Source of the DNA: a virus
Taxonomy: Duplodnaviria; Caudoviricetes
Length of the DNA stretch: 64,000 nt
Reading direction: 5' to 3' (one strand)
Virus record (IMG/VR): IMGVR_UViG_3300049792_000048
Coordinates: 96,001 to 160,000 of that record
In this document: positions 39,683 through 48,241 of the stretch, piece after piece
Layout of the letters: every line of letters starts with the position of its first letter
Position numbering within the stretch: position 1 is the first letter of the stretch
The notes under the pieces: generated by a model
Database searches by the model: none
Seen by the model: only the letters and a program-made list of their open reading frames with translations
Told to the model about the DNA's origin: nothing
Made by a program: the position numbers and the translations under genes

Positions 39683-40165
39683 ATGGCCAAGTTCACCGTT
39701 GAGGAGCTGCTTCAACAGCTCATGCAGGGCGCCGATAAGAACTACCGCGAGCAGGTCAAGATGCTCGGGACTGGGTTCGTCGTCGGCACCAAGAAGATCA
39801 CGAAAGAGGCGGAGCCCGAGGGTGAGCCCCGCACAAGCTGCGGCATCATCAACGCGGCACACCCCATCGATTCCCTCGACGACCTGCGACGCTTCGCAGT
39901 TGCTGTTCGAGCGGGCGTCAAGATGTCGGACGGCACCGTCGCTGGCATTCTGTGTGAGCTCGACATCGCGCTGAATGACGGTCCACCAGCTCGGTCGGTC
40001 GTTCTCTACATGGACCAGAAGTACGGCGGCATGCGAATCTATGTCGCTCCGAAGTCTGGTGAACATCTCCTCTTCCGCGACCTCGGGGTTGCACACCCAA
40101 CGACTAGCTTTCTTCCCTCTCTCATCCCGGTCGAGTCCTACGGGCCGGCCATCTCCGATGCATAG
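39683..40165 (+). CDS. Hypothetical protein
   Basis: 160-aa ORF; CAGGAT-N6-ATG, possibly leaderless. Confidence 0.6.
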   Translation: MAKFTVEELLQQLMQGADKNYREQVKMLGTGFVVGTKKITKEAEPEGEPRTSCGIINAAHPIDSLDDLRRFAVAVRAGVKMSDGTVAGILCELDIALNDGPPARSVVLYMDQKYGGMRIYVAPKSGEHLLFRDLGVAHPTTSFLPSLIPVESYGPAISDA

Positions 40166-40173
40166 GACACAAC

Positions 40174-40752
40174 ATGATCTTGTGTGACTCTTCCATCCGA
40201 AAAGCGTTGGACTCTGGTTGGCTGAAGTGTGACCCGGCCCCGAGCGATGAACAGATTCAGCCGGCGAGTCTGGACCTTCGTCTCAGCGGGAAGTTCAAGC
40301 GGTTCAGCCGTGAGCTCTCTGCACACTCGTACGTCGTCAACATCTCCACCTTCGATGCGAAGATGGGGATGGTGGACACTGAAATCGCCGAGGGCGGCTT
40401 CTTTCGTATCAAGCCAAATGAGTTTTGGCTGGCTTCGACCGTCGAGTACGTGACGCTTCCGGCGGACTTGCTCGGTACTCTGCACGGGAGGAGCTCGCTG
40501 GCTCGTCTTGGCCTCATCATCCACAGCGCCGGCTACATAGATCCGGGCTTCAGTGGGACCATCACACTGGAGCTCGCGAACGTCGGTCCTCACACCCTGG
40601 AGATCCCGATTGGGTGGCGTATCGGACAACTCAGCTTCGAGCTGCTCGATCATCCGGCTGAGAAGCCCTACGGTGTGAAGCCCAACTCGAAGTATCAGGG
40701 CCAGGTTGGTCCCACGGAATCCAAGTCCCGCAACGATCGGAACAAGACGTGA
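40174..40752 (+). CDS. dcd: dCTP deaminase
   Basis: IQPASLDLRL, GRSSLARLGL, AGYIDPGFSGTITLEL, KYQGQ. Confidence 0.93.
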   Translation: MILCDSSIRKALDSGWLKCDPAPSDEQIQPASLDLRLSGKFKRFSRELSAHSYVVNISTFDAKMGMVDTEIAEGGFFRIKPNEFWLASTVEYVTLPADLLGTLHGRSSLARLGLIIHSAGYIDPGFSGTITLELANVGPHTLEIPIGWRIGQLSFELLDHPAEKPYGVKPNSKYQGQVGPTESKSRNDRNKT

Positions 40753-41471
40753 CACGACTTCAAGATGATGATTTGGGCTCGATGAGTGTGGAGGGGCTTC
40801 GAGAGCTGATTGCAAAGAAGCAGATCGAGTTCAACCAAGTCCTTCGCGACAACCAGAGCTTGGTGTCGCAGACACGTCGACTGGAGAAGGATCTTGCTCA
40901 GAGTAACGGCGAGGTCGAGTCTCTGAAGAAGAAGCTGAAGGTGGCACTCGCTGATGTGGTGTCAGTCGTCGCAGAGCGCGAGGTCGCAAAGAAGCTGGCG
41001 GCCTCCCTCTACGAAAAGCTCACCTACCTCAGCGGACGGACTGACATCAAGGCGAAGGACCTGAAGAAGGTGATCTCGCTGTATCACGCCGCCCTCGAAT
41101 CGGTGACACGCATCACGGCTTGGCCCGAGCTCGGGGAGTGGGACTTCTTCGAGCAGTGCTTCTCTGAAGCGGAGCGCAAGATCCTCGGGAGCAAGACCAG
41201 CTCTCCTCAAGCCTTGAATCGGGATCGCTTGCAGGCGTTCATCCAGCGCAGCATGAGTAAGCGTCTGAAGTACTTCAAGGATGCGATGAACACTCCCGAG
41301 AAGATGGAGGAGGTTCGACGCACCATCGAGGAGTTCTTGCTGGAACTCCCGAAAGCTGCGGTCCTGCCGGGATACAGGGTGACAAATGTGAGGACTGACG
41401 ATCCCGACAGCTACGTCCTCAACATCGAGATCACGGACGCGGCCTGGATTGAGGCTCTCCGCAACAAGTGA
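40749..41471 (+). CDS. Coiled-coil hypothetical protein
   Basis: GTGA coupling; heptad-rich N-terminal half. Confidence 0.6.
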   Translation: MTRLQDDDLGSMSVEGLRELIAKKQIEFNQVLRDNQSLVSQTRRLEKDLAQSNGEVESLKKKLKVALADVVSVVAEREVAKKLAASLYEKLTYLSGRTDIKAKDLKKVISLYHAALESVTRITAWPELGEWDFFEQCFSEAERKILGSKTSSPQALNRDRLQAFIQRSMSKRLKYFKDAMNTPEKMEEVRRTIEEFLLELPKAAVLPGYRVTNVRTDDPDSYVLNIEITDAAWIEALRNK

Positions 41472-41475
41472 CTTC

Positions 41476-41580
41476 GTGGGTGCCTTCACGGGGAACAGCC
41501 GTGTTCGGCCTTTGACGAGCCCTCCGTACGGGAAGCGTACGCTACCAGGAGGACGCAGGTGTGAAGCCTGCCACCCACCA
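41476..41580 (+). ncRNA. tRNA-like structured RNA ending in ACCA (candidate)
   Basis: GGGTG/CACCC closing stem plus ACCA; T-arm-like GCAGG-TGTGAAG-CCTGC; D-arm-like CACGG/CCGTG; CTTTGAC loop; not a canonical cloverleaf. Confidence 0.4.
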
Positions 41581-41591
41581 TTTCTAGGAAC

Positions 41592-42920
41592 ATGAACATG
41601 GAACGCAAGATCATCATCAAGGACGACCTCCATCCTGAAGACAACGCGATGCTTCAGGCGCTGTACTCACGCAGCCCGGCAAGCGTCGAGGATCACCTCC
41701 CGAAGGTCGAAGCCGCCGGCTCCGGCAAGTTCATGGACGACTACTACGTCGGCTATGGACATGCCTCGATCGGAGACTGTGGAACCACCACCCTCTTCAT
41801 CGAAGGTGTCTCGATGCTGATGGCCAAGGCCATTCAGGACAACCCGTTGTACTCGGGCCAAGAGGCGAGTACCCGCTACATGGACTTCTCGGACGCTCGA
41901 TTCGAGTCGCCGGGTAACACAGATCTCGAAGGACATCTCATTCAGCGTGATTGGATGGTCTTCTACCACCGGGCGCTGCCAGAGATGATCGAGCACCTTC
42001 GGAAGCTCCATCCACAGGAGCCGGGGGAGGAACGCAAGAAGTACGAGAAGGCGCTGAAAGCACGAGCGTTCGATGTGCTGCGAGCGTTCATCCCAGCCGG
42101 GATGCACACGAATCTGTCCTGGCACACGAACCTGCGGCAGGCGCGCGACAAGCTTCGCTCGCTCGTCGCTCATCCCGAGCCGAGCACCTCAAGCCTGGCC
42201 TACGAGCTTCTCGGAGCTCTGCACCAGAAGTACCCACACAGCGGCTTCGACTACAAGATGTCGGCCGAGGAGTGGGAGTGGCGCAAGCAGGTGATGGCGT
42301 CGTACGCCTACTCGGAGGAGCCTCCGCCCACCACCTTGAACGGTGTGCACGTCAGCCTCTCTTCCTTCCAGTGGCCGCATGATCGGAAGATGATGCAGCT
42401 CCTGGCAAAGCGTCCTCAACGTGTGGTGATGCCGGGCATCCTCCAGAAGTACGGCGTGATCGCATCATCGTTCTCGCTCGACTTCGGGTCGTTTCGCGAT
42501 CTTCAGCGGCACCGCAATGGCTTCGTGCAGATGCCGTTGCTCACCGTGAGTCTGGGGATCCATCCCTGGTACTACGAGCAAATGCCGGAGCATCTGCGAA
42601 CTGAAGCACAGGAGCTCGTGGCACGACAAATCGATCGCATCAAGAAGTTGAACATCACCGATGTCGAAAGGCAGTCATACATCGCGATGGGTTTCCAGGT
42701 GCCGTGCAAGGTCGTGCAGTCGCTGCCGGCTTGGGCGTATCGTGTCGAGCTACGCACCAGTCAGAGTGTTCACCCGACACTGCGTCGCATCGCTCAGTTG
42801 GAGGGACGTGTCTTCAGGGACCTGACCTCGGGAGAGATCCCGCTGCACCTCGATCTGTCCCCCGACACATGGGACACGCGTCGAGGCTCGCAGACGATCG
42901 AAGAGCTGAGCCCCCGTTGA
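41592..42920 (+). CDS. thyX: Flavin-dependent thymidylate synthase, long tandem-domain form
   Basis: QALYSRS, YVGYGHASIGD, QEASTRY, DFGSFRDLQRHR, ELRT...HP. Confidence 0.88.
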   Translation: MNMERKIIIKDDLHPEDNAMLQALYSRSPASVEDHLPKVEAAGSGKFMDDYYVGYGHASIGDCGTTTLFIEGVSMLMAKAIQDNPLYSGQEASTRYMDFSDARFESPGNTDLEGHLIQRDWMVFYHRALPEMIEHLRKLHPQEPGEERKKYEKALKARAFDVLRAFIPAGMHTNLSWHTNLRQARDKLRSLVAHPEPSTSSLAYELLGALHQKYPHSGFDYKMSAEEWEWRKQVMASYAYSEEPPPTTLNGVHVSLSSFQWPHDRKMMQLLAKRPQRVVMPGILQKYGVIASSFSLDFGSFRDLQRHRNGFVQMPLLTVSLGIHPWYYEQMPEHLRTEAQELVARQIDRIKKLNITDVERQSYIAMGFQVPCKVVQSLPAWAYRVELRTSQSVHPTLRRIAQLEGRVFRDLTSGEIPLHLDLSPDTWDTRRGSQTIEELSPR

Positions 42921-42945
42921 AAAGGCGGAGAACTTCATCTATAAG
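42917..42945 (+). promoter_or_regulatory. Promoter upstream of tmRNA locus
   Basis: TTGAAA-N17-TATAAG; the -10 also fits the CTATAAG motif. Confidence 0.6.
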
Positions 42946-42954
42946 GATGGTGCA

Positions 42955-43116
42955 GTGATCATCATTCTGATGTTCTCCGTCATGGTTCTCCTCGCGCTCG
43001 TCATGTGTAGCGGGGACAAAGAGTCTCAGGAGCGGGACCTCCTGGGCTGTGCCCAAACTGGGCCTATGGGATGGGGAAAGCCGGCGCCCCCCCTACACTC
43101 GCGCCGGTGCTCGTGA
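42955..43116 (+). CDS. Possible 53-aa membrane peptide
   Basis: MIIILMFSVMVLLALVMC...; AAGGA upstream; overlaps hairpin-rich region. Confidence 0.3.
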   Translation: MIIILMFSVMVLLALVMCSGDKESQERDLLGCAQTGPMGWGKPAPPLHSRRCS

Positions 43117-43306
43117 TGCTCTTCCACTTCTACATCAAGTGGGCGAGCGGAGCGATCGGCATTGAGCCCATGCGGGTTGCGCCCGCATGCCCATCGTGAT
43201 GGTGTCTGTGCGCAGGCATCACATGCTGTGGTTCAAGAGGGCGGACAGGCCCTCGAAGACGGGAGTCAAAGCCTGGCGAGTGTCCCACCCGCCAGGCACT
43301 GTTCAC

Positions 43307-43691
43307 GGGGATGCAAATGGTTTCGACTTGGTGTGTCGTTGTTGATGTTGCGTGCCGAGGTTGGTCAGCAGGCCTCGTAAAAAGCAGACCATCTGTAACT
43401 GCGAACGATAGCAGCTACGCCCAGCCCGTTCTCGCGAACGCGGCCTGAGCCGTCAGCCGGAAGAGTTGCCTAACACTCCTCCGAACTGGCGTAACTGAGT
43501 TAGGCAAAACCCGGTCGCACTCAAGCGGGGTCGAAAGACGATCTTGGGAGCTGGTGGAGGGCCGTGAGGCCCCCAACCGCAGCCAGCACCGGCTCGATGG
43601 CGTACCGTAAGGTGAACATCAAATAGGCGCTACGCACGTAGACGCATCAACATCAGCATCAAGGACTCGGGTTCGATCCCCGACATCTCCA
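43307..43691 (+). ncRNA. ssrA: tmRNA
   Basis: GGGGATG/CATCTCC-A acceptor with G3.U; GGTTTCGAC 5' motif; TCGGG-TTCGATC-CCCGA T arm; tag frame 43401-43448 ANDSSYAQPVLANAA*; CCA not encoded. Confidence 0.95.
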
Positions 43692-43697
43692 AATAGA

Positions 43698-43726
43698 TTG
43701 ACATCCCGTCAGGTCCACACGAGACT
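43698..43726 (+). promoter_or_regulatory. Sigma70-like promoter for leaderless HNH gene
   Basis: TTGACA-N17-GAGACT-N5-ATG. Confidence 0.5.
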
Positions 43727-43731
43727 GAGCC

Positions 43732-44256
43732 ATGTCTAAGGCAAAAGTTCGTTTGGAATGCGCGGGGTGCTCGATGCCGTTCTTCCGCCTTTTAGCGGAG
43801 TATTCGCGTAATAAAGCCCGTGGGACGAAGGTGTTCTGCTCTCAGGGTTGTTCGATTCGCAACTCAAACCAGACGAGAGTTACGGATCCCAAACAGGCCG
43901 AACGCTTGAAGGCTGATAATCGACGTGATGGCCTTACTTCTTGGCGCTGGTACATGGCTAGGGCTCGGTATCGCCAGAAGGACACTGATCTCACCGTCGA
44001 GTTTTTGAGGGAGCTCTGGGATTCCCAAAATGGGCGGTGTCCGCTTACGGGATGGAAGATGGTGTTGCCTCCATCTACAAAAGGGTGGACGGACTTCCTG
44101 CCAGAGAATGCGAGTCTGGATAAGGTCGACCCTAAGCAAGGGTACCTCAAGGGCAACGTTCGCTTCATCTCTGTGATGGCGAACTATGCCAAGCACCTCT
44201 GGACTGACGAGTACGTGTTGGACTTCTGTCGCGCAGTGGTTCAGCATCACGCGTAG
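43732..44256 (+). CDS. HNH-like free-standing endonuclease
   Basis: CAGC...FCSQGC; QNGRCPLTG...ASLDKVDPKQGYLKGNVRFISVMAN. Confidence 0.75.
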   Translation: MSKAKVRLECAGCSMPFFRLLAEYSRNKARGTKVFCSQGCSIRNSNQTRVTDPKQAERLKADNRRDGLTSWRWYMARARYRQKDTDLTVEFLRELWDSQNGRCPLTGWKMVLPPSTKGWTDFLPENASLDKVDPKQGYLKGNVRFISVMANYAKHLWTDEYVLDFCRAVVQHHA

Positions 44257-44338
44257 AAAAGCAAAAAGGAGACCAGTATGCAACGCGCTGGGGAAAGCCC
44301 GGCGACTACAAGCAGCTCCGAGAGGGGTCTCACCACAC

Positions 44339-44370
44339 AGAAGGACGGCTACGGTCGTCCTTCTTCTTTT
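44339..44370 (+). terminator. Intrinsic terminator
   Basis: AGAAGGACGGC-TACG-GTCGTCCTTCT-TCTTTT. Confidence 0.75.
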
Positions 44371-44390
44371 GAACCAACAAGGAGACGCAG

Positions 44391-45053
44391 ATGGACCAGA
44401 CCGCGATCATGATCATTCTCGACGAGAGCCCCAGCATGGAGAACTGCACGGATGAGACCATCCAGGGGTTCAACATCTACCTCACCGAGCAGAAGAAGGA
44501 CCCGAAGCCGGCAACCCTCTCGCTCATCAAGTTCGACAGGACCTACCGGGTCGAGTACATCGACAAGCCGCTGGCGGAGGCCCCGGAGCTGACGGCCCTC
44601 AGCTACAAGCCTGGCGGTGCTGGCACTGCCCTGTACGACTCGGTCGGGCGTGGCATCCTGGAGCTCGGCAAGCGTCTCGCGGCGAAGCCCGACGCGGATC
44701 GGCCGGACAAGGTGATCGTCGTCATCATCACCGATGGCCAGGAGAACTCGTCGAGGGAGTTCGATGGCAACCGCGTCCGCGAGATGGTGAAGGAGCAGAC
44801 CGAGAAGTACTCGTGGACCTTCGTCTTCCTCGGCGCCGACATCGATGCCGAAGAAGGTGCTGCCACTCTCGGTATCGCCCCGAGTGCTGCCGCCAAGTAC
44901 AAGAAGGGTACTGGTGTGGGCACGTACTCCGTGCTGTCGAACGCGACGTCGCGTGCTCGTGGGGGCTCGGGTGGCGTGCTTCGTTCGGCGGGACTGCTTT
45001 CCACTCAGGACAAGAAGAGCATCGAGAGCGGCACGAAGCCTGGCCCCCGATGA
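44391..45053 (+). CDS. von Willebrand factor A domain protein
   Basis: MIDAS-like ILDESPSM, GTALYD, IITDGQENSS, FVFLGA. Confidence 0.85.
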   Translation: MDQTAIMIILDESPSMENCTDETIQGFNIYLTEQKKDPKPATLSLIKFDRTYRVEYIDKPLAEAPELTALSYKPGGAGTALYDSVGRGILELGKRLAAKPDADRPDKVIVVIITDGQENSSREFDGNRVREMVKEQTEKYSWTFVFLGADIDAEEGAATLGIAPSAAAKYKKGTGVGTYSVLSNATSRARGGSGGVLRSAGLLSTQDKKSIESGTKPGPR

Positions 45054-46006
45054 GTTTCGACATCGAGAAGCACACGATCTACTTGGCGAAGGCGGGAAGC
45101 CATTCCTATGGCACTGCGATGCCGGAGTCGGACCTCGACTTCAAGGGTGTTGCGGTCCCGCCTCGCCGATACGTCCTGGGCTTCACCAAGATGTTCGAGC
45201 AGCACGAGGCGAAGACGCAAGGGGCGACCTCGAACGAGGACTCCAAGGATATCGTCATCTACGGGTTGCAGAAGTTCATGAAGCTCGCGGCCGCCTGCAA
45301 CCCGAACTTCGTCGAAGCTCTGTACGTCGAGCATGGTGATGTTGTGGGGATGTCGGATGAGGGGTTCCTTCTCCGACGGAACCGGGATCTCTTCATCTCC
45401 AAGAAGGCGGAGGAAACCTTCAGCGGCTACGCCCTGGGTCAGCTTCATCGCATCAAGACGCATCGGAAGTGGTTGTTGGATCCGCCGAAAGCTGCTCCGA
45501 CGCGTGAGCAGTTTGGCCTCTCTTCCAACATGAAGATCACGCCCGACATGATGGGCGCCTTCAACAAGCTGGAAACGGAAGGCACAGCAGTTTCACAGAA
45601 TGTCATGGAGCTCGTGCAGAACGAGAAGCGGTACAAGGCCGCCAGTGAACACTGGAACCAGTACACGCACTGGGTGAAGTCGCGCAACCCGGCGAGGGCA
45701 GCTCTCGAAGCGAAGAGTGGCTACGACACCAAGCACGCGATGCACCTCGTCCGACTGATGAGAATGTGTGCCGAGATTCTTGTCACCGGCTTCGTGCTCG
45801 TCCGACGTCCTGACGCCGAGGAGCTGCTCGCGATTCGTCGCGGGGCGTGGTCCTACGACTTCCTCATCGCATGGGCGGAGGCACATCACCTGAAGATCAA
45901 GGAGCTCGCCAAGGCCTCCACTCTGCGGGAGGAGCCGGACTACGGTGTACTGGAGGGTATCTGTATCGACATCCTCGACAGGTTCTGGGCTCGTAACCCA
46001 GATTGA
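45050..46006 (+). CDS. Pol-beta-superfamily nucleotidyltransferase (RlaP/YcgL-like)
   Basis: GSHSYGTAMPESDLDFKGV, KFMKLAAACNPNFVEAL, GYDTKHAMHLVRL, ELLAIRRG. Confidence 0.85.
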   Translation: MSFDIEKHTIYLAKAGSHSYGTAMPESDLDFKGVAVPPRRYVLGFTKMFEQHEAKTQGATSNEDSKDIVIYGLQKFMKLAAACNPNFVEALYVEHGDVVGMSDEGFLLRRNRDLFISKKAEETFSGYALGQLHRIKTHRKWLLDPPKAAPTREQFGLSSNMKITPDMMGAFNKLETEGTAVSQNVMELVQNEKRYKAASEHWNQYTHWVKSRNPARAALEAKSGYDTKHAMHLVRLMRMCAEILVTGFVLVRRPDAEELLAIRRGAWSYDFLIAWAEAHHLKIKELAKASTLREEPDYGVLEGICIDILDRFWARNPD

Positions 46007-46165
46007 AGCCCCTTGGAGGGCTCGTAGAGGAAATGGTACGCCATCTCCTCTATTTTTGCCTCAATACGAGCTATCAGACAGATGGAGAGCGTGTTTGGCG
46101 CATGAGGCTGGGGTATACTACCAAACCATTCGAGGCTTTCAGAAGCCCCTTTTACGGAGGACACC

Positions 46166-47020
46166 ATGGGAATGGCAGCGATCGCACCGAATCTTCGAGA
46201 CGCAGAGGGCATCAGTGTGACAACCCACGCATTGGAGAAGCTGCGTGAGCGACTACCGCCAGGCTCCCACTTCAAGTCGATGCCGGACAGAGACTTGATG
46301 CTTCGCATGGAGGAGGCCTGGAAGAATGAGAAGGCCGCCGGCAAGATAGAAGAGTGGTGGGAGAAGGTTCGAGACTCGTCGACAAAGACAGTATGCAACT
46401 TCGTCTGCGACCTCGAAGACTCTTTCGATGCAGACCTGGTTGCTCTCTTCCGAGAAGACAATCGTCATCCGGGTCGCCCCACCACGGTCACTGTGTTGAC
46501 CAAGCCGATGGTCGAGCTGAACAAGGCGACCAACAAGTGGGCGAGGCATCCGACGAAAGTTGGCGAGGGCACCCTGCTTGGGAACGGGCTGAGTAAGCAG
46601 CTCGCTGCGCTCGCTCCCTTTCCAGTCGGTGGGAAGGTTGATGTTCCAGCGGACGACCTCCCGATCTCAGATCCGCGCAGCCCTTACCACAACAAGCCTG
46701 GATTTCGTCCTGGTGACCCTGGTGGATTTCCTCCTATGCCAGCTCTTGTTCCGCCTCCTGCTCCGAAGCAGGTGGCGATCCCGCGCAAGCCGGCAGTTGT
46801 GGCGCCTGTCGTTCCTCCTCCAGCAGCAGAGGAAGAGATGATTCTGGTGTCGTGGCTTTCAGTCACTGGCACCGGGGCCCGTGGGTACATGACAATACCG
46901 AAAAGTTCAGTCTCCGGGTTTGTCGATGAGCTCGTCGAAGCTGGAGTAGACCAGAGCTCTGTCGAGTTCTGGATGAAGCGTGAGGCGAAGGTTCGTCGGA
47001 CCGTCGTCGTGGAGTTCTGA
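46166..47020 (+). CDS. Hypothetical protein with Pro-rich linker
   Basis: GGAGG RBS; N-terminal VTTHALEKLRER. Confidence 0.6.
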   Translation: MGMAAIAPNLRDAEGISVTTHALEKLRERLPPGSHFKSMPDRDLMLRMEEAWKNEKAAGKIEEWWEKVRDSSTKTVCNFVCDLEDSFDADLVALFREDNRHPGRPTTVTVLTKPMVELNKATNKWARHPTKVGEGTLLGNGLSKQLAALAPFPVGGKVDVPADDLPISDPRSPYHNKPGFRPGDPGGFPPMPALVPPPAPKQVAIPRKPAVVAPVVPPPAAEEEMILVSWLSVTGTGARGYMTIPKSSVSGFVDELVEAGVDQSSVEFWMKREAKVRRTVVVEF

Positions 47021-47022
47021 GT

Positions 47023-47048
47023 GAGCTGGGGGCGACCCCAGTTCCTTT
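47023..47048 (+). terminator. Intrinsic terminator
   Basis: GAGCTGGGG-GCGA-CCCCAGTTC-CTTT. Confidence 0.55.
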
Positions 47049-47071
47049 GCCCTATCAACAAGAAGAAGGAG
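47046..47071 (+). promoter_or_regulatory. Recurrent phage promoter-like motif plus RBS
   Basis: TTTGCCCTATCAACAAGAAGAAGGAG, near-identical to 55677-55701. Confidence 0.6.
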
Positions 47072-47076
47072 TCATC

Positions 47077-48003
47077 ATGCCCACTGCCAAGTATCAGACG
47101 TTCCGCAACTACGCCGGGTTCCTCGTCCGCGGAGAAGCTCGTGTTCAGCCTCCCCCGAAGGACGACACCCATCTCCACGCCGCGTTCTACGTCCTCTCGC
47201 AGGTCGAAGCGGCCTTCTGGGGCACCGTCCAGTCGTACGACGGCGCCGGCATCTCCGCGGGCCCGCTGCACGCGATCGCTTTCTCCCCGGCAAGCAAGAC
47301 GCAGGGAGCGCTCTGGAAGCTCATCGCTCAGATCTTCGCGGCGTGTCCGGAGACGACGAACCACAATGTCGACAAGCTCCGCACTTGGTTCAAGGCGAAC
47401 GGGATGACGCTCACGCTGGGTGGTGTCCTCGTGAACAGCAAGGATGCCAAGCCCGTCACCGGAGAGAGCATCCGTGCATTCGTGTCGGCTCCGCAGGGAC
47501 TCGTTCCGGCCGAGGGCCCGGTGTTCGATCGTGCGCTGACCATCGCTCTGCTGTTCAACGACGTCTTCTCGGATCCTGCCACCTTCCAGGCGCAGACCAA
47601 CTTCACCATCCAGTGGCTGCTTCAGGGCAACCGTGATGCCGAGTTCGCGGCGTACGCCAAGTACTCGAAGACCACCATCACGAAGGTGAATGCCGAGCAC
47701 TACCTCTCGTTCGCAAAGCAGCTCGACCTCGGTAGTCCGCTCGACCTCGCGATGTGCGTGTATCACGCCTTCTCGGTCAACGCACCGTCGCCTGCTGCCA
47801 ACGAGCTCGACAAGGCGATGGCGGAGAAGGACAGCGAGAAGTTCGCTCGCCGCCTCATCCGTGGCCTCGGGTCGCGCAACTATGCACGGTGGCACGACAC
47901 CACGGACAACAGCAGCCGGTACGATCACGTACGCATGGCATGCGCCGTGTCGGATCGCTGGTTGCCCACCATGCTCGCCGAGATGATGCCGGTGAACCTC
48001 TGA
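47077..48003 (+). CDS. Putative lysozyme-like peptidoglycan hydrolase
   Basis: VEAAFWGTVQSYDGAGISAGPLH resembles the E...D..G.S.G..Q lysozyme-fold motif. Confidence 0.45.
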   Translation: MPTAKYQTFRNYAGFLVRGEARVQPPPKDDTHLHAAFYVLSQVEAAFWGTVQSYDGAGISAGPLHAIAFSPASKTQGALWKLIAQIFAACPETTNHNVDKLRTWFKANGMTLTLGGVLVNSKDAKPVTGESIRAFVSAPQGLVPAEGPVFDRALTIALLFNDVFSDPATFQAQTNFTIQWLLQGNRDAEFAAYAKYSKTTITKVNAEHYLSFAKQLDLGSPLDLAMCVYHAFSVNAPSPAANELDKAMAEKDSEKFARRLIRGLGSRNYARWHDTTDNSSRYDHVRMACAVSDRWLPTMLAEMMPVNL

Positions 48004-48239
48004 TGCCGAAGAAGGAGTACCGGGACTACGATGACAAGAACATCGTGGTCCCGGGGGTGGAGTGTGTTCGTGACGGTGACCGAGCAATCTTGGTCGTGAT
48101 CGATGGCACCGAGCACTGGATCCCGCAGTCGCAGATCCATGGAGACTCGGATGTCTGGAAGCGGGGCGACAAAGGCAAGCTCATCATCACGAAGTGGATC
48201 GGCGCCAAGCGCGGGCTCTGTGAGGAAGAGGAAGACTGA
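48003..48239 (+). CDS. Small phage protein
   Basis: TGATG coupling; DRAILV...HWIPQSQI...IITKW. Confidence 0.65.
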   Translation: MPKKEYRDYDDKNIVVPGVECVRDGDRAILVVIDGTEHWIPQSQIHGDSDVWKRGDKGKLIITKWIGAKRGLCEEEED

Positions 48240-48241
48240 AC

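Noticed and set aside
43060-43306. RNase P RNA suggested by GGGGAAAGCC
   Set aside because: It does not match GAGGAAAGUCC, and the 3' P4 partner (ACAGAACCCGGC-like) is absent
44275-44335. c-di-GMP-I-like riboswitch before the terminator and vWA gene
   Set aside because: Only a loose resemblance in the first hairpin; the second hairpin with its tetraloop receptor is missing
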